The notes under the pieces are model-generated. The model searched no databases. It saw only the letters and a list, made by a program, of their open reading frames with translations, and had not been told where the DNA came from. From assembly GCF_009914755.1 (NCBI RefSeq), contig NC_060942.1: a stretch of 64,000 bases of DNA; one strand, 5' to 3'. The number at the start of each line of letters is the position of its first letter. Within the stretch, counting starts at the first letter, position 1. Below are positions 26,205 through 42,559 of this stretch, one piece after another. The stretch is from the human T2T-CHM13v2.0 reference genome, Homo sapiens. Both the position numbers and the translations under genes were made by a program.

Positions 26205-26623
26205 AACAGTTAGGTGTGTTAGGTTTAGTCCATATAAGGGCTAGAACTTCCCTTACACTTAAATCTTAAAAGGAAAATATTTTCTTAAGATTTCTTTTTT
26301 TAAACATTAAGTGGTGCATTAATCTTTTTTCTATAGCCTAATATGCAAATCTGCCTACTTTGAGTAAGGCTAAATAGCTTCAGGCTTCTTCTGTAGGCGT
26401 GAGTTGAACTTCAGTTGAGTGTTTGGAAGATGTTTGTCATCAGTCACTAGAGAGTGACCAGTCAGTACAAAAGCATTCCCTACTAGAAAAATAGCTGTGT
26501 CCACAGCCTTCTGGTGAGGGGTTGGTTGCCTGGCTTCAGTCTATTTCAAAAGTCAGTGCATATAAATTGAATATTAAGTCATATGGTGTATATGGCACTT
26601 AAACATCACTTCCTAACAGGTAA

Positions 26624-26803
<180 letters not shown>

Positions 26804-27929
26804 TAAAAATTTAATATTTTTTCAAATGTAAAAATAATATTTTTATAGGTATGTTTGAATAAAAAATGCATAATCCTGCCTTTCTGTTACAGCTTTTAAA
26901 AATCAGCTATGTATTCCTTTCTGTTTTTCGTATATGTACATATAAAAAAAGACTTTTCTTGTTAAATTCTATAAGTAAATTTCTCTGAAATGTCAAAAAT
27001 ATGAGGAGAAGACCTTTCAGACATATGACCTTCATCAAATGGTCCCAGTGGAAGAAGAGTAATAAATGAAATTAATCAAGACCAAGAAACTAGGAGGGCA
27101 GCGGGAGGTAGGGGAATAAGGGAAAAACTATTTTCTAGTTTTCTTACTTTTATGAATTTAACATTTTTCTGTAATAAATGATTGTTACCTTTTCATTTGG
27201 TGCTAGAAGTGGGTGGAGTATGACTGACCCAAGCTTTAAAAAAAGTCAAAACAAAGTAGCTAGGAATTTTTTTTTTTTTTTTGAGACAGGGTCTCGGGTG
27301 CAGTGGTACAGTCACGGCTCACTGCAGCCTGGACCTCCTGGGCCCAAGCAATTTTCCCACCTCAGCCTTGGCCTCCCAAGTAGGTGGGACTACAGGTGCT
27401 CACCACCATGCCCAGCCAATGTTTTTATTGTGTAGAGATGGGGTCTTGCCATGTTGCCAGGCTGGTCCCAAACTCCTGGGCGCAAGCAGTCCTCCCACTT
27501 TGGCCTCCCAAAGTGTTGGAATTACAGGCATGAGCCACCACACCCAGCCTCAGAGTATGTTCTCCAACATGACCTTCACCTTTGTTTTCTGGGAAATGTC
27601 CACCTCACCTCTGGTCTTTCCTTTGTTTTCATACTCTTTAAAATATCCTTTTGTTCCTACAGACTAGAGGTGGTGAAGCAGTTTAGTGTTGGCCATTCCT
27701 CTCCCTGCCTTCTTTAGTCACAGACAAGGTACAGATCACTGAAGTGGAGTGCTAGCACAGACAGGGTGTCACTCAGGCTAAACACTTACATGTCAACCTC
27801 TATGGCAGACTTTACGTCTCAGACCCTCCCTTCTGTTCATTTGCCTGTTCTTTCTTTCTTGGCATTGGTGTGCCTGTGCTGTGCTTGATGCTGAGGAAGA
27901 AGGACTGCTTTTGTCCCCCACAGTCATAC

Positions 27930-28300
27930 TGTATTAATCTGTTTTCATGCTGCTATGAGGAACTGCCTGAGACTGGGTAATTTATAAAGGAAAGAGGTTT
28001 AATTGACTCACAGTTCCTCAGGGCTGGGGAGGCCTCAGGAAACTCAGTCATGGCAGAAGGTGAAACAAACACATCCTTCTTCACGTGGTGGCAGGAGAAA
28101 GAAGTGCTGAGCAAAAGGGGGAAGCCTCTTATAAAACCATCAGATCTCGTGAGAACTCACTCACTATCATGAGAAGAGCATGGAGGTAACCGCCCCCATG
28201 ATCCTATTACCTCCTACTGTGTCCCTCCCACAACATACAGGGATTATGGGAACTACAATTCAAGATGAGATTTGGGTGGGGACACAGCCAAACCATATCA
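27930..28300. mobile_element. MaLR solo LTR (THE1-like)
   Basis: TGTATTAATCTG...CCAAACCATATCA ends; near-TSD CATAC/CATGC. Confidence 0.88.
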
Positions 28301-28511
28301 CATGCCTATAGAACATGGTCCAGCTGCTACTCTCAGGGATAGGTCAGGGATCCAGCAGACAAAGCAGCATTCGCTGGACATTCTCTGAAATGTACTTCTT
28401 CTTGCTTAGACAAAGCCTTCTGCTCAGTATCTTGCTTTGGTTCTGCATTTTGCTACTGTTGTCCACTTCACTTCTCTCTCCATTTCTTTTTTTTTTTTTT
28501 TTTTTTTTTGA

Positions 28512-28672
<161 letters not shown>

Positions 28673-28941
28673 TAGTAGAAACGGGGTTTCACCATGTGGG
28701 CCAGGCTGGTTTTGAACTCCTGGCCTCAAGCAGTCCACCCATCTCGACCTCCCAAACTGCTAGGATTATAGGTGTGAGCCACCACGCTCAGCCTGCTCTC
28801 CATTTCTTTGTGACCATTCACACATCCTTGAGGCATGAGCTTCCAGGGAAGCCTCATTTCATGAGGGGTATCATCTAGGTCAGGTTTTCCTCATAGCTGA
28901 GTAGATTCCCTGAGCAATGGACAGTGTAGAGGAAGAGCTAG

Positions 28942-29261
<320 letters not shown>

Positions 29262-29629
29262 TGATTAGTTCTTAAGCATTTTGTGGTAGCTTCTTGGGGA
29301 AGTGCATGAGCCTACTGATGGGACTCCACTGGATCAGAACCAATTTGTGAGTATAGAAGGCATGTTAGACACCTCTCTGTGGTCTCTGGGCAGGAACGCT
29401 TTGTCTTTGGACCAAGGTGAGCTCTCGGAGACGCATGTCTGCTGTACCGTGCCTTCTTTCTGATGCTTGAAATGTTCTCAAGTCCTGGCACACCATACAC
29501 GAATGTAATGATGCATTTTTTAAAATACCAGAGCAAATACTTTGTTTTATCTTTGCCGATGAAACTGTAGTACATGGCTAGAAACCTTGCAAAGAGAAGG
29601 CTTTACAGTGTGTGATCTGTCTGTATTAG

Positions 29630-30059
<430 letters not shown>

Positions 30060-30613
30060 TAATAGAGATGGGGTTTCACCATGTTGGTCAGGCAGGTCTT
30101 AATCTCCTGACCTCAAGTGATCCATCTGCCTCGTCCTCCCAAAGTGCTGGGATTACAGGCGTATGCCACCGTGCCTGGCCTGAGTTACTGTCTTTTGCAA
30201 AATGCTTATGTTTCTCATAATAATTTTTAAATTGATAGAACCTAATGATTCAGAATGTAAAATACAGGTTAGGAATGGGGCTCAAAGATTCTTACTTCAC
30301 CAAATCTAGGACTATAATACTTTCTCTGTAACAAGCATCTTCAGTGGAACAAGGGTCCCTACAGCCAGCTGGGGAAACACTGGCTCGTGGGCCTTGCCAG
30401 CAGAGGACACAGATAAATCTGTGTGCAGCCCCTGTAAAGAGGAGGCTCCTTGAGGACACAGGAGAGCAGTGCAGCATGTCCTGGGCTGATGCCTGCAGAG
30501 TCTTTTGTAAGGCAGGGACAGTTGGGACACTGTGAAGAACTACTTTAGAGCAATGACGAAGATAACAATTTCATGCTAAGTTAATCACTGTTGTCCCCCT
30601 CCCTTAAAAACAG

Positions 30614-30727
30614 ATACGTGGTTGCAGTAGGATTGGAGTGTGGAAAGATTTGCTTATATACCTGGAAAAAGACTGATCAAGTTCCAGAAATAAATGACTG
30701 GACCCACTGTGTAGAAACAAGTCAAAG
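30614..30727 (+). CDS. ELP2: ELP2 exon 21: [37 protein letters not shown](S)
   Basis: CAG/GTATTT boundaries; in frame. Confidence 0.94.
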
Positions 30728-31242
30728 GTATTTCTTTCCTATTTTTGTTTCCATCAGATTAACTAGAAATTGTGGGGTCTTTCATGGCAAATTTTATGCC
30801 ACATTTTCATGGAGAGGGACATATATCTGTATTCGTCGTGTCTACCACTTTGTTTTGTGGTAATCTGAAATTGATACATGTGGTAATCTGAAATTGATAT
30901 ATTGCACTTGATTTTTAAAAGTTTGCTTGACCAAATTGCTTGCATGCATAATATTATTTTTATAAACAACCATTTGAGATGAAAGTGATTTCCATAATGG
31001 TGTGTTGTAGAATTTGACTACAGTAGATTCTTAATTTGATTCAAAATGTTTGTGATTTTTAAAAATATTCTGGATTGCACTTTGGTAGTCGTATCCTTAT
31101 GATTGAGCCCTTTACCTCAAAAGATCCTATAGTGGAGCTTTCAGGCATAGCAAGGCTCATGCCCTGGGCCTCATGCATTTGCCACCTGAGCTGGCATAGA
31201 GCACCTGCTGTTTACAACCTCCTCCCCATCCCACCCACCTAG

Positions 31243-31886
<644 letters not shown>

Positions 31887-32689
31887 TTAGGCTTTTTCAA
31901 CCTTCGTATATCTGTACTGTTGAAAATACAATTTCAAATAGCAATTTCAAATGACAATATGATGAGGGTGAGTGCTTAATGGAGAGAGATTTGTGAGCAA
32001 TGTCTTAAGATATTTCATCCAGCAGATCTTGTCTCCATGTCAGCCAAGCATGTTAGTGCTCATTATAATTATATTTATTAAAATGAGATATTGCCATGCC
32101 CCCATGGCTTCTCTCCTGCCTCTCTGGGCTGGGTTTAGCAGTTGAACTAGTTTGTGCTGTTGGCTTGCTGAAGAGGGAAGAAGTCTGTTGAAATTCCATG
32201 CTTCAGGCATTTGAAATTTTCTCTCTTCCTGGGCACCCTTTCCTTCCACTTTGCCTGCCCACAGTGCTCCCTTCACCTCTAACCTGGTGTGAAGACCTCT
32301 TCAATGGCCACCATGTGGGACACTGGTGGGAAGCCCCTTAGAAAGTGCAGGAAGGGAACACGTATAGAATTTGAGTTTTTTGTCTGAAGGGGTTGTTTTT
32401 TTCTTTGGTCATTATGGTGACTTAGGGTTTGCAAGATGGAACTAATGCGTGACTTAACATATATTATTTGGATTGCTAATATTTCAGTTACCAAGTTCCA
32501 AGTACCTTTCAAATGAAAGCTTTTGCTAGTAATAAGATTTACAGAGGTAATATAAGCAAACACTACCCTTTAGGTTGGTTTGCCAAACTCCCTATCTTCT
32601 TAAATATGACATGTTAATATTCTGGATTTAAAGGACATTACCAAAAAAAGAAACCCACTATCTCAAAGCTTACATAGCCAAACAAGTAT

Positions 32690-33225
32690 GTTCCTCAAAG
32701 TAGCTCCCTTGGAAAGAGTTATACCACATATGTTTATTTCCGTGATTTCACTACTTCAAATCCTTCTTTTAATGAAATGAGATAACTCTAATCCATAATA
32801 ATTGAGATTCCAGTGATGTTGCTATCACTTAAAATGTTCTTGGAACTTCTCTGTAGGAATTGTGTTCAGAACTAGCTTACTAATGATGCAAGAAAACAAA
32901 TTATAATGCCTTTTATAATATTACCTGTTTCAATCATTTCCTCTTTTTAAAGCTTGCCATTCATATCTATTAAGCTTGCCATTTATATTTATTATAAAGC
33001 TTACTTCCAGGTGCTTTCAACAGTCAGATTCATCCTCAAAGGAACATGAGCTATCACTGAGAGTACTCAAATCATAGTCTGCATAATATGGAAGCATTTT
33101 CTCTAGAATAATTTCAGAAAACAGTTGAGGCACAGCAGTCAGAGTGACTATTTGTAAGGGCACGCAGTCATCTTGTTGCATAGGTTCAGGAGGACTGATT
33201 TTTAAAATGGGTTTCGTGACTTCAT
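32690..33225 (+). mobile_element. Ancient mariner-like (MARNA-like) fragment; similar pieces at ~13470-13800 and ~14190-14292
   Basis: Degenerate resemblance to the recalled MARNA consensus (tcctcaaagtagctcccttgg..., ttcatcctcaaagga...). Not verified by search. Confidence 0.35.
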
Positions 33226-34031
33226 TCTTCCCTTTTAATCATGAGAATGCATCTGGTGACAGGGACTGTCAGCAAATGAAAGTGTAATGTGTGTGCTCTG
33301 GTATTGTTTTCAGTGTTTATTGCCCTAAAACCTACTTAGGTTTTTCACTTTATTCCTTTTTGGTTTGGGAAGCTAATTTGCAGGTTAAATTTATAGAAGA
33401 TGTTGTATTTTCATAGAGATTTATTCCTAACATACGTTGGTAACACTCTGGGTCTGCCTTTTTAAAGGGCTGGGGAGGTAGGGGGTAGGGAGCATTAATA
33501 CGATGGTCTTGCCCAAGGTCACGCAGTTAGAGGTCACACTGGAGACCAAGACTCTTTCATTGTGCAGTACATTAAATCTGTCATTGTCTTTCTTTACCCA
33601 GTAGTAAAAATGCAATTCCATCCACCTCACAGGGATGTCAAAATAGTAAAATAATCTAGAATATATTGTAAAGTTAAAATTGTTATAAATTTAGTAATGT
33701 TATCTAAAAGACTAACTTGAATATCCATTTCATGAAATTCCATTGATCATTAAAACAACATTCATTTAAAAAAATTTTATTTTTTGTTTTTTTTTAAACA
33801 ACATTTGACAGAGATTCATTGTCTGTGTCTTGCTCATTTTGGTGATGTTATTGCCAGTGAGTAAGATTAAAATTTAGTCTTGCAGTTTTAAGTAAATATA
33901 GTAAAATATTTTCCAGGTTAAAATAAAATGGCTAAAATGTTAATGATGCGATTTTAAAACCTGTACATTTCAATTTTCAGGTTTTAACTTCCATTCATGT
34001 TTACACCATTAATTGGAAAAACATTTCATGA

Positions 34032-34208
<177 letters not shown>

Positions 34209-35532
34209 TGGACTTAATAACTACATGCTTGCAGTCACTGGTATCTTAAAATATTATCATGTAAACAGGTCATCTTTACCTTCATAACTGAATTGAGTTT
34301 CTGGGTTTTTTTTTTTTTTGAGATGGAGTCTTGCTTTGTCACAACCTCCACCTCCCAGGTTCAAGCGATTCTCTTTCTTCAGCCTCCTGAGTAGCTGGGA
34401 CTAGAGGCACACCACCATGCCCGGCTAATTTTTGTATTTTTAGTAGAGACTGGGTTTCACCGTTGGCCAGGCGGGTCTCAAACTCCTCGTCTCAGGTGAT
34501 CTGCTTGCCTCGGCCTCCCAAAGTGCTGGGATTACAGGCGTGAGCCACTGCGCCCAGCCTGAGTTTCATTTTTTAAGTCACATAGCAGTAGTCCTTATTT
34601 CAGTGCTAGACCCTTTGAAATGCGATGAAAGCTATATGGACCCTTCGCTTTGTTATATAACATATGCACACATACCCAGAATTTTGCACATATGTTCAGA
34701 GATTCCTAGACCTGCAGACCTGCCTCTGTGTGTCCCAATTTAAGAACCTCTGTTCTTTCTTCATGACTGGATTTGCCCAATTTTGTGTTATTTTGGGACT
34801 TAATTTGTCCCTCTTTGGGACATTTCCTTATTTATTGCCCTCTTCAGAGAGTAGATGTAGAAAATAAAGAGAGGAAACCTAGATTACTTAATTTTATTTT
34901 AACATTTTCTATAGATAGCATACCACGCCAAGTGTGCTCTGTCTTGATCCCCTTCTTTCTAGCATCTGCCAGACATTGTAGAGTTTCGCAAGCAGTTGTA
35001 GGTTTGAGCTGCAGCCAGTCATTTCTTTTATTCTTTAAAAGTACATAGATTTGTCTTTTTAGGGCTTTACTGAAAGTAAAATATCCTGACATTTAAACTG
35101 ACAGATGTAGGAGGTAAAAAATAGAGTTCTGAAACATTTGAATTTATGTGACAGCTGAAGTCACGAGATGAGGGATGTATGTCCCCCAGGGAGGATGCAG
35201 AAAGAAGAAAAGGGTACTGGAAACAGCATGTCAGTGGTGCCAGCTGAGGGCTGGAGGCAGCCAGGAGAGTTGGGAGCCTGGGTGCTGGGTGGAGAGAGGT
35301 TAACAGGGAAGACATGGGAAGTATTGTGAAGGCTGGTGTGAGCAGGGGACTACTCCAGCCCTGTTGGAACATAGAGCCATTTGGCAGATTGACAATGCAG
35401 TGACAGCTGTATATAATAAATGTGTTGAAAGGAGGAAGGTGAGGATTTTCTTGGTGGGAGTTTATGCTGTTATTTAACATATTTTGCTTCCAAAGGGGTT
35501 AAGATGTTTTACCTAAATGGAGGTTTCTAGGT

Positions 35533-35812
35533 CAGTGCTATACAATATTTCTAATCTGTGTTTTATAGTGTGAGCTACATATGTAATTTTAAAATTTTCA
35601 AGTAGCCACATAATAAAGGAAACAGGTGAAATTTAATGACATATTTCCTTTAATACGGTATATCCAAAATATTATTATGTCAACCTATAATCAGTATAAA
35701 AACCTGTTACTGAAATATTTTATAGGGCCCATCTCAGTTCAGACTAGCCACATTTAAGTGCTTCATAGCCACATGTGGCTCATGGCCATCCATATTTGGA
35801 CAATGTACTTTA
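35533..35812. mobile_element. MER33/MER3-like hAT MITE in the ELP2 3' UTR
   Basis: gtaattttaaaattttcaagtagccacat ... gactagccacatttaagtgcttcatagccacatgtggct motifs. Confidence 0.7.
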
Positions 35813-36774
35813 GACTATTGCATCTGTATACTCTTGTGCCGTCAGCTGGGGGGTGGGGTGTGTGTGCGTGTATACCAAGGCAGTGAGCATCTGAGCTTTG
35901 AACCTCAAAGACCAAAATGCCCTGCCCATTTTCCTGCTTATCAGCTGAGGAATCTTTACCCACATTGACACATGGGCTTGTTCTGACCCAAGTGCATGCA
36001 GGCTTCCAGAGCAGATTCAGAGGCCTAACTTAGTCCTTTAGCTTTCCTCCCAGCACAGAACTCCCAAGGTTATCTGCAAGTAGGCCTTGCCTAGAGAGAC
36101 TGAGTTTTCAAGTTGTCAGTTTTCCCAAATTGTCCTCAAGCATCTTCCTCTGGAATCACCTTACTGTTTAGTAAACATTCAGAGGACTTGCTACACATCT
36201 GGGCAGTCTGCATTGTAATTCATATGTGTTTACACATTTGTGTCTTCATCTGCTAAAGCACCTTTGAACCATATTGTAATTCATAATATCTGAAGCAATT
36301 ATTATGAATTGTAGTAATTCATAATATTGAAGCGATTCATAATATCTGAAGCAATCCCCAGATACGGGTTAGGCATGGCCCTGCTCTGAGCAGGATGGCA
36401 AAAGTGGCAGTCCGTGACGCAGCCCTTGTTACCCCAGGCTATTACTAAATGGTGGTGGTGGTTTTATCTTAATTAAAATGACATCACCAACAATGGGCCC
36501 TTTCCTGTCTGCCAGGAAAAGTTTTCTGTAGTGACGCACGTGTTGTGTGTGTATGTGTGCGTTTGAGGCTATATTACTCATTGCTACGGCAGTTCAAAAT
36601 GACTTGGAAAAAAACAATGAACGCTGGTCATTGATATGTATACTGACATGTTTAAGGGAAGTTACTGTGGTCTGTAACTTATGAAATACATAAAAAATAT
36701 GATGGGTGGAGTGACGGACACATGGACAGATATGAAGCAAGCACTGTAAAATATTAGTGGTAGTTTTTGTATGC

Positions 36775-37230
36775 CCATACTCACGGCACCATTATTCACA
36801 GTAGCTAAGAGATGGAAGCAATATGTGCCCATCAGTGGGTGAATGATCAACAAAATGTGGTATATTCATACAGTGGAATATTATTCAGCCTCTAAAAGGA
36901 AGATACGCTGACATGTGCTGCAACATGGATGAATCTTGAGGACATGATGCTAAGTGAAGTAAGCCAGTCACTGGAAGACAAATACTCTATGCTTCCATTT
37001 ATGTGAAGTATCTAGAGCAGTCAAATGCATAGAAACAAGTAGAATGGTAGTTGCCAAGGACTGGGGGAGGAGGAAATGAGGAGTTGTTTAATGGGTATAG
37101 TGTTTCAGTTTTGCAAGATAAAAAGTCCTGTGGATTGGTTGCACAGTTAAGTTATGTGAATGCTGTATGCCAACTCAACTGTACACTCTAAAATGGTTAA
37201 GATGGTAAATCTTATCTTTATTTTACCACA
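36775..37230 (+). mobile_element. L1MB-like 3' end
   Basis: aaaatgtggtatattcatacagtggaatattattcagcc ... aaatggttaagatggtaaat. Confidence 0.8.
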
Positions 37231-38598
37231 GTTTTTTTTAAAGCATGGTAAACACCATTTCCCAGGATGTAAATCGGTACTAAAAAAAAAGTGCTCCAAA
37301 GTAAGATATATTTGGGAAACACAGGGATAACTAAGGTTAGATAGGTGTTCTTTATTGCAGGAATTCTAAGAGCATTTAACAAATTAATTTACACTGGGAA
37401 TTTTCAGTGTGGAGGGTCTGGCTCATAGCATTTCACAAACATTATACTTCAGAGTCCCAAAGCCTTTAAATAAAATGTTAATGGTAGAAACTCCTTAAGG
37501 GGTGTTCACTGTACAATTCTTTCAACTTTTCTGCATGCTGGGAGTTTTTTTGGTAACAACGTGTTGGGGAAAATGGCCTTGGAATATTTCATTCAAATTG
37601 GAGCCAAGCTAACACAAAGCTGTTGCTGCTAGTGGGAACAGCCCTGATGTCCATGTAACAAGCTGCCCTCCCCAACTCCCTCCTTCCTGTTTCTCCCTCC
37701 TCGGCACCCACTTCTAGGATTAACAGGCAGGGAGACGGGAGAGCCCAGCTCTGGGTACAGTTGGGCCACAGCAGAAGGAGGGCCAGGGTAGAGGTTTGGG
37801 CCTTGGCTCTGATGCTTGAACATAAACACACCTAGTCAGAAGTACATCAGTACAAAGTGGGCCCTACAAAATTATAGGGTCAGAAAACAGGTAAGTGGTT
37901 ACCAGGGGCTGGGAATGGGGAGAGGAGTGACTACAGAGGGACCTAGATTCTTCAACAAATACATTACAAGAGGAAAAGGGAAGGGAAGGGAAGCCTGGAG
38001 ATTGAAAGATACTTGAGACGTGTGAATCCAGTGCAATGTATGAACCTTGTTTGCCTCTTGATCTGAACTAGCCAATCAATCTTGTAAAAATGTGCTTAAG
38101 GGACAAAGCAAATTTGAACTCTGGCTGGATATTTGATGATATTAAGGAAACAACATTTAAACATATGACAGTGGGGCTATGGTTATGATTGGTTTTGTTT
38201 TTTTTTTCTCTAGAGACTGGGTTTTGCAGTGTTACCTAAGCTGGTCTTGAACTCCTGGGCTCAAGCAGTTCTCCCACCTCAGCCTTGGTTTAAGAAAAAA
38301 AAAAAAAAAGTTCTCTTGAATCATAATTTCAGTATTTATGGATGAAATCAATTTATGTCTTGGGTTGTTTCATAATGATTGTGTGTGTGTCAAGGACTAG
38401 ATGGGTTTTAGATGTGTGGATTATTAATGAAGCTGGGCAGTGTTGGGGTGGTCATACTATTCTAATTTTTTAATATACTTAAAATTTCCTTATAAGAATT
38501 GTTTAGAAAGAATGAGCATATCCATAAGTTAAATACAAAAATTGTTACATTGTGAGGAGTTCTTCCCCTTCTAGCATGTAGTGGATGGTCCAGTATTA

Positions 38599-39261
<663 letters not shown>

Positions 39262-40091
39262 TCAGTGGAATAGGGAAATTATATCACCTTTCACTTCCCA
39301 CTCTCACTTCTGCCCCTGCTACCCTTAGTCTTTGGCTTTTGCTGACATTTTCCCCTCTTATCTTTTCTCCTGACCAAGTTCTAGGTATTTCATAGGGCAG
39401 TCTAGGTGAGGGTTGGAACCCCAATGAGTTGGGCAACAGAAACCCAGCTCACACTGGCTGTCACTGTGGGCAAGCTGTTCCCCTCATCTCTAAAAGTGGA
39501 GATGAGATTAGTGTATGAGTCTGGCTTCCATTCAACTGTGTGTGAAAAAAAATTGTAAAATTTTCTTTCTGGTTTACGCAAGTTAAAAGTTTATTTCTCT
39601 CATATGAAAGGAGTCAAGGCAGACAGACCAGGATGGGGAGGGAGATGTCTACAGGGTCAAGGACCCAGGCTCTTATTTCGCTGTCTGACGTCCTTAGTAT
39701 GAGGCTTTCACCTTCCAGGATGGCTGCTTGGCCTCCTGCCATGGTCTTTGCGTTCCAGCCAGCAAAGAGGAAGAAGGCATGAAGAAAGGCCTGCCCCTGA
39801 CTTTAAAAACATTTCTTGGAAGTCCCATACTATTTTGCTTAATCTCCTCGGGCAGAATTTAGTGTTGTGGCCATACCGAGCTTCAGGAGAAGCTGGGAAA
39901 TTAAATCTTTATTGCAGATGCCCATGTGCTCAGCAGAGAACTGGGGTGCTTCATTCTGGAAGAAAGGGAGAACAACAGTAACCAGTGTGTAGGATTGTTC
40001 TGAGAATTAAATGAGCCAATATATGAAAAACACTAGTTTGGTCCCTGGGATATAAATAAGACAGCAGTAATTTGTATCTGGTACTATTATG

Positions 40092-40101
40092 ATTAAATAA
40101 A
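40092..40101 (+). terminator. Candidate distal ELP2 polyadenylation signal (overlapping ATTAAA/AATAAA)
   Basis: GATTAAATAAA; TGTA at ~40073; T-rich downstream element at ~40150-40170. Confidence 0.55.
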
Positions 40102-40448
40102 GCTCTGCTCGTGTCAACTCCATAGAGCCTTTGGTAAACCCCTCAAGTATTCTTTTTTGTTTTTCCTCTGAATTCCGGAGTATTTTATTCCAGTTTTGTT
40201 TTATGGCACTTGTCACCTTATATCTTCTATTTTTGTGTATGTTTTATGCTGTGTCAGGTAGATGCCTTCTATTGTAAGGAAGTTCATCTCAAACACAAAG
40301 GAATTACTGGCTCATATGACTGAGAAAAATTCAGTGGTGGGATAGGCTTCAGGTGCAGTTTGATATGGGCTCTGCCTTCCTTTCTCTAGTTTGCTTAGCT
40401 CTGCCCTTTCCATGGCAGCCTTCTTCTTTTGTTATTATTTGAGACTGA

Positions 40449-40547
<99 letters not shown>

Positions 40548-40550
40548 TGA

Positions 40551-41119
<569 letters not shown>

Positions 41120-42179
41120 TGACTGGACCATTCCTCAGCTAATCACAGTGGGCAGGGGAAAGCCGCATGTTAAGTGGCTTGGGCCTGCCCATCTGATGTA
41201 ACAAGCTGTGAGATCACCTGTGCTGGCCTAGAGGCAGAGTAGGTCCCAGTGAGATCACATAGCTGCTCTAACGTGGGGTGGTTCTCCAAAGCAAAATCAG
41301 AGGGGCCAATGGATACAGGATGGGCAACCAATGCAAGCCCCCTATACGAACCTGCTAAAGCCTAAACACCTGCGCATCAGATGGTTTTCCTGTTGTCCAC
41401 AGCATCCCTGAATTCAGCAAATATGTATTGCCACATATTTGCTGAATTCAGGGATGAATGAGTTTGATAATGCTGATGGCTGGTGGAGGAAGTATTCTCA
41501 AATGTAATCTGCCAGTCGGTAAATAGAATATCTGAGATTCCTGTCTTGGTGGTTAAAGGGGTAGGGGGCAAAGAGTAGGAGGGAGGTGCTAGCACAGAAG
41601 GGACCAAGAAGGGGCTGGCCTGGCCCAGTGGACCTGCTCATGAATGAACATGGGAGAAGCCGAGCCCCCAGGAAGACAGCGCCAGGAAGATTGCTGCTCT
41701 GGGCCCTTTGCCCTCTCAGTCCTGTGGTCTACCTAGTATTGGTGGGTTTGGTTGTTTCAAACATTAGATATAATGGAGCCTTGTTCCCAATCATTTCATG
41801 ATGTTGAACTGCCCTTTTCATTTCTATTCACAGGAAAGGTCTTGTGTCACTCTAGGGGAGGGAGCTTCCTGGGGTTTCTGATCTTTCTTTCCACTGCTCT
41901 CAGTTTCTACCAGGGCACTCTGCCAGTCTTTAGAGATAAACTTGCTCCAATGCTATGTCTGTCTCACTGCTTCCTTTGCCAGCCCTCTTCTGACTTCCTA
42001 GGTACCAGGATATCCAGGTCTGTGAGCTCTCATTTTTGGAAAAGTGTGCATTTCACTCTAGTAGGAAACACTTAAGTTAATTTCATTATCCAAACCAAAT
42101 TCAGCCTTCTTGGACATACCTATCCCTATCCTGATATTTGTTGGGAAATTTGATTCCTCGTAATTGCAGCCCCCAACTG

Positions 42180-42253
42180 TAGGTTGGTGCAAAAGTAATT
42201 GCAGTTTTTGCCATTTTGATGCAAAAGCCGCAATTACTTTTGCAGCAACCTAA
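42180..42253. mobile_element. MADE1 (Hsmar1-derived MITE)
   Basis: TAGGTTGGTGCAAAAGTAATTGCAG ... CCGCAATTACTTTTGCAGCAACCTAA inverted terminal repeats. Confidence 0.92.
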
Positions 42254-42559
42254 TATCTTCCAGACTAGGAGGCCAAGGTTTTCAGGGGGCTCACCAGTGG
42301 GAAAACCTCTACCCTTACTCACCATTTAGGACTTGACCACTATAGTGGAGCTGCCATCCCCACCTGGATAATAGAGCTGTTCCTGCTTAGGCCACTGCAT
42401 ACCACCTACCCAACAAGTTTAACAATCTGTCCTAATTGTTTAACCCTTGTCCTAATAGGCCTTATGGCCTTAGATATTGCCAAGGTGCTCTCTTCTGGCT
42501 CTGTCCCCACTTCTCTAACTGAACTTTCCCACCTGTGGCATGAGACAGAGACCCTTTAA

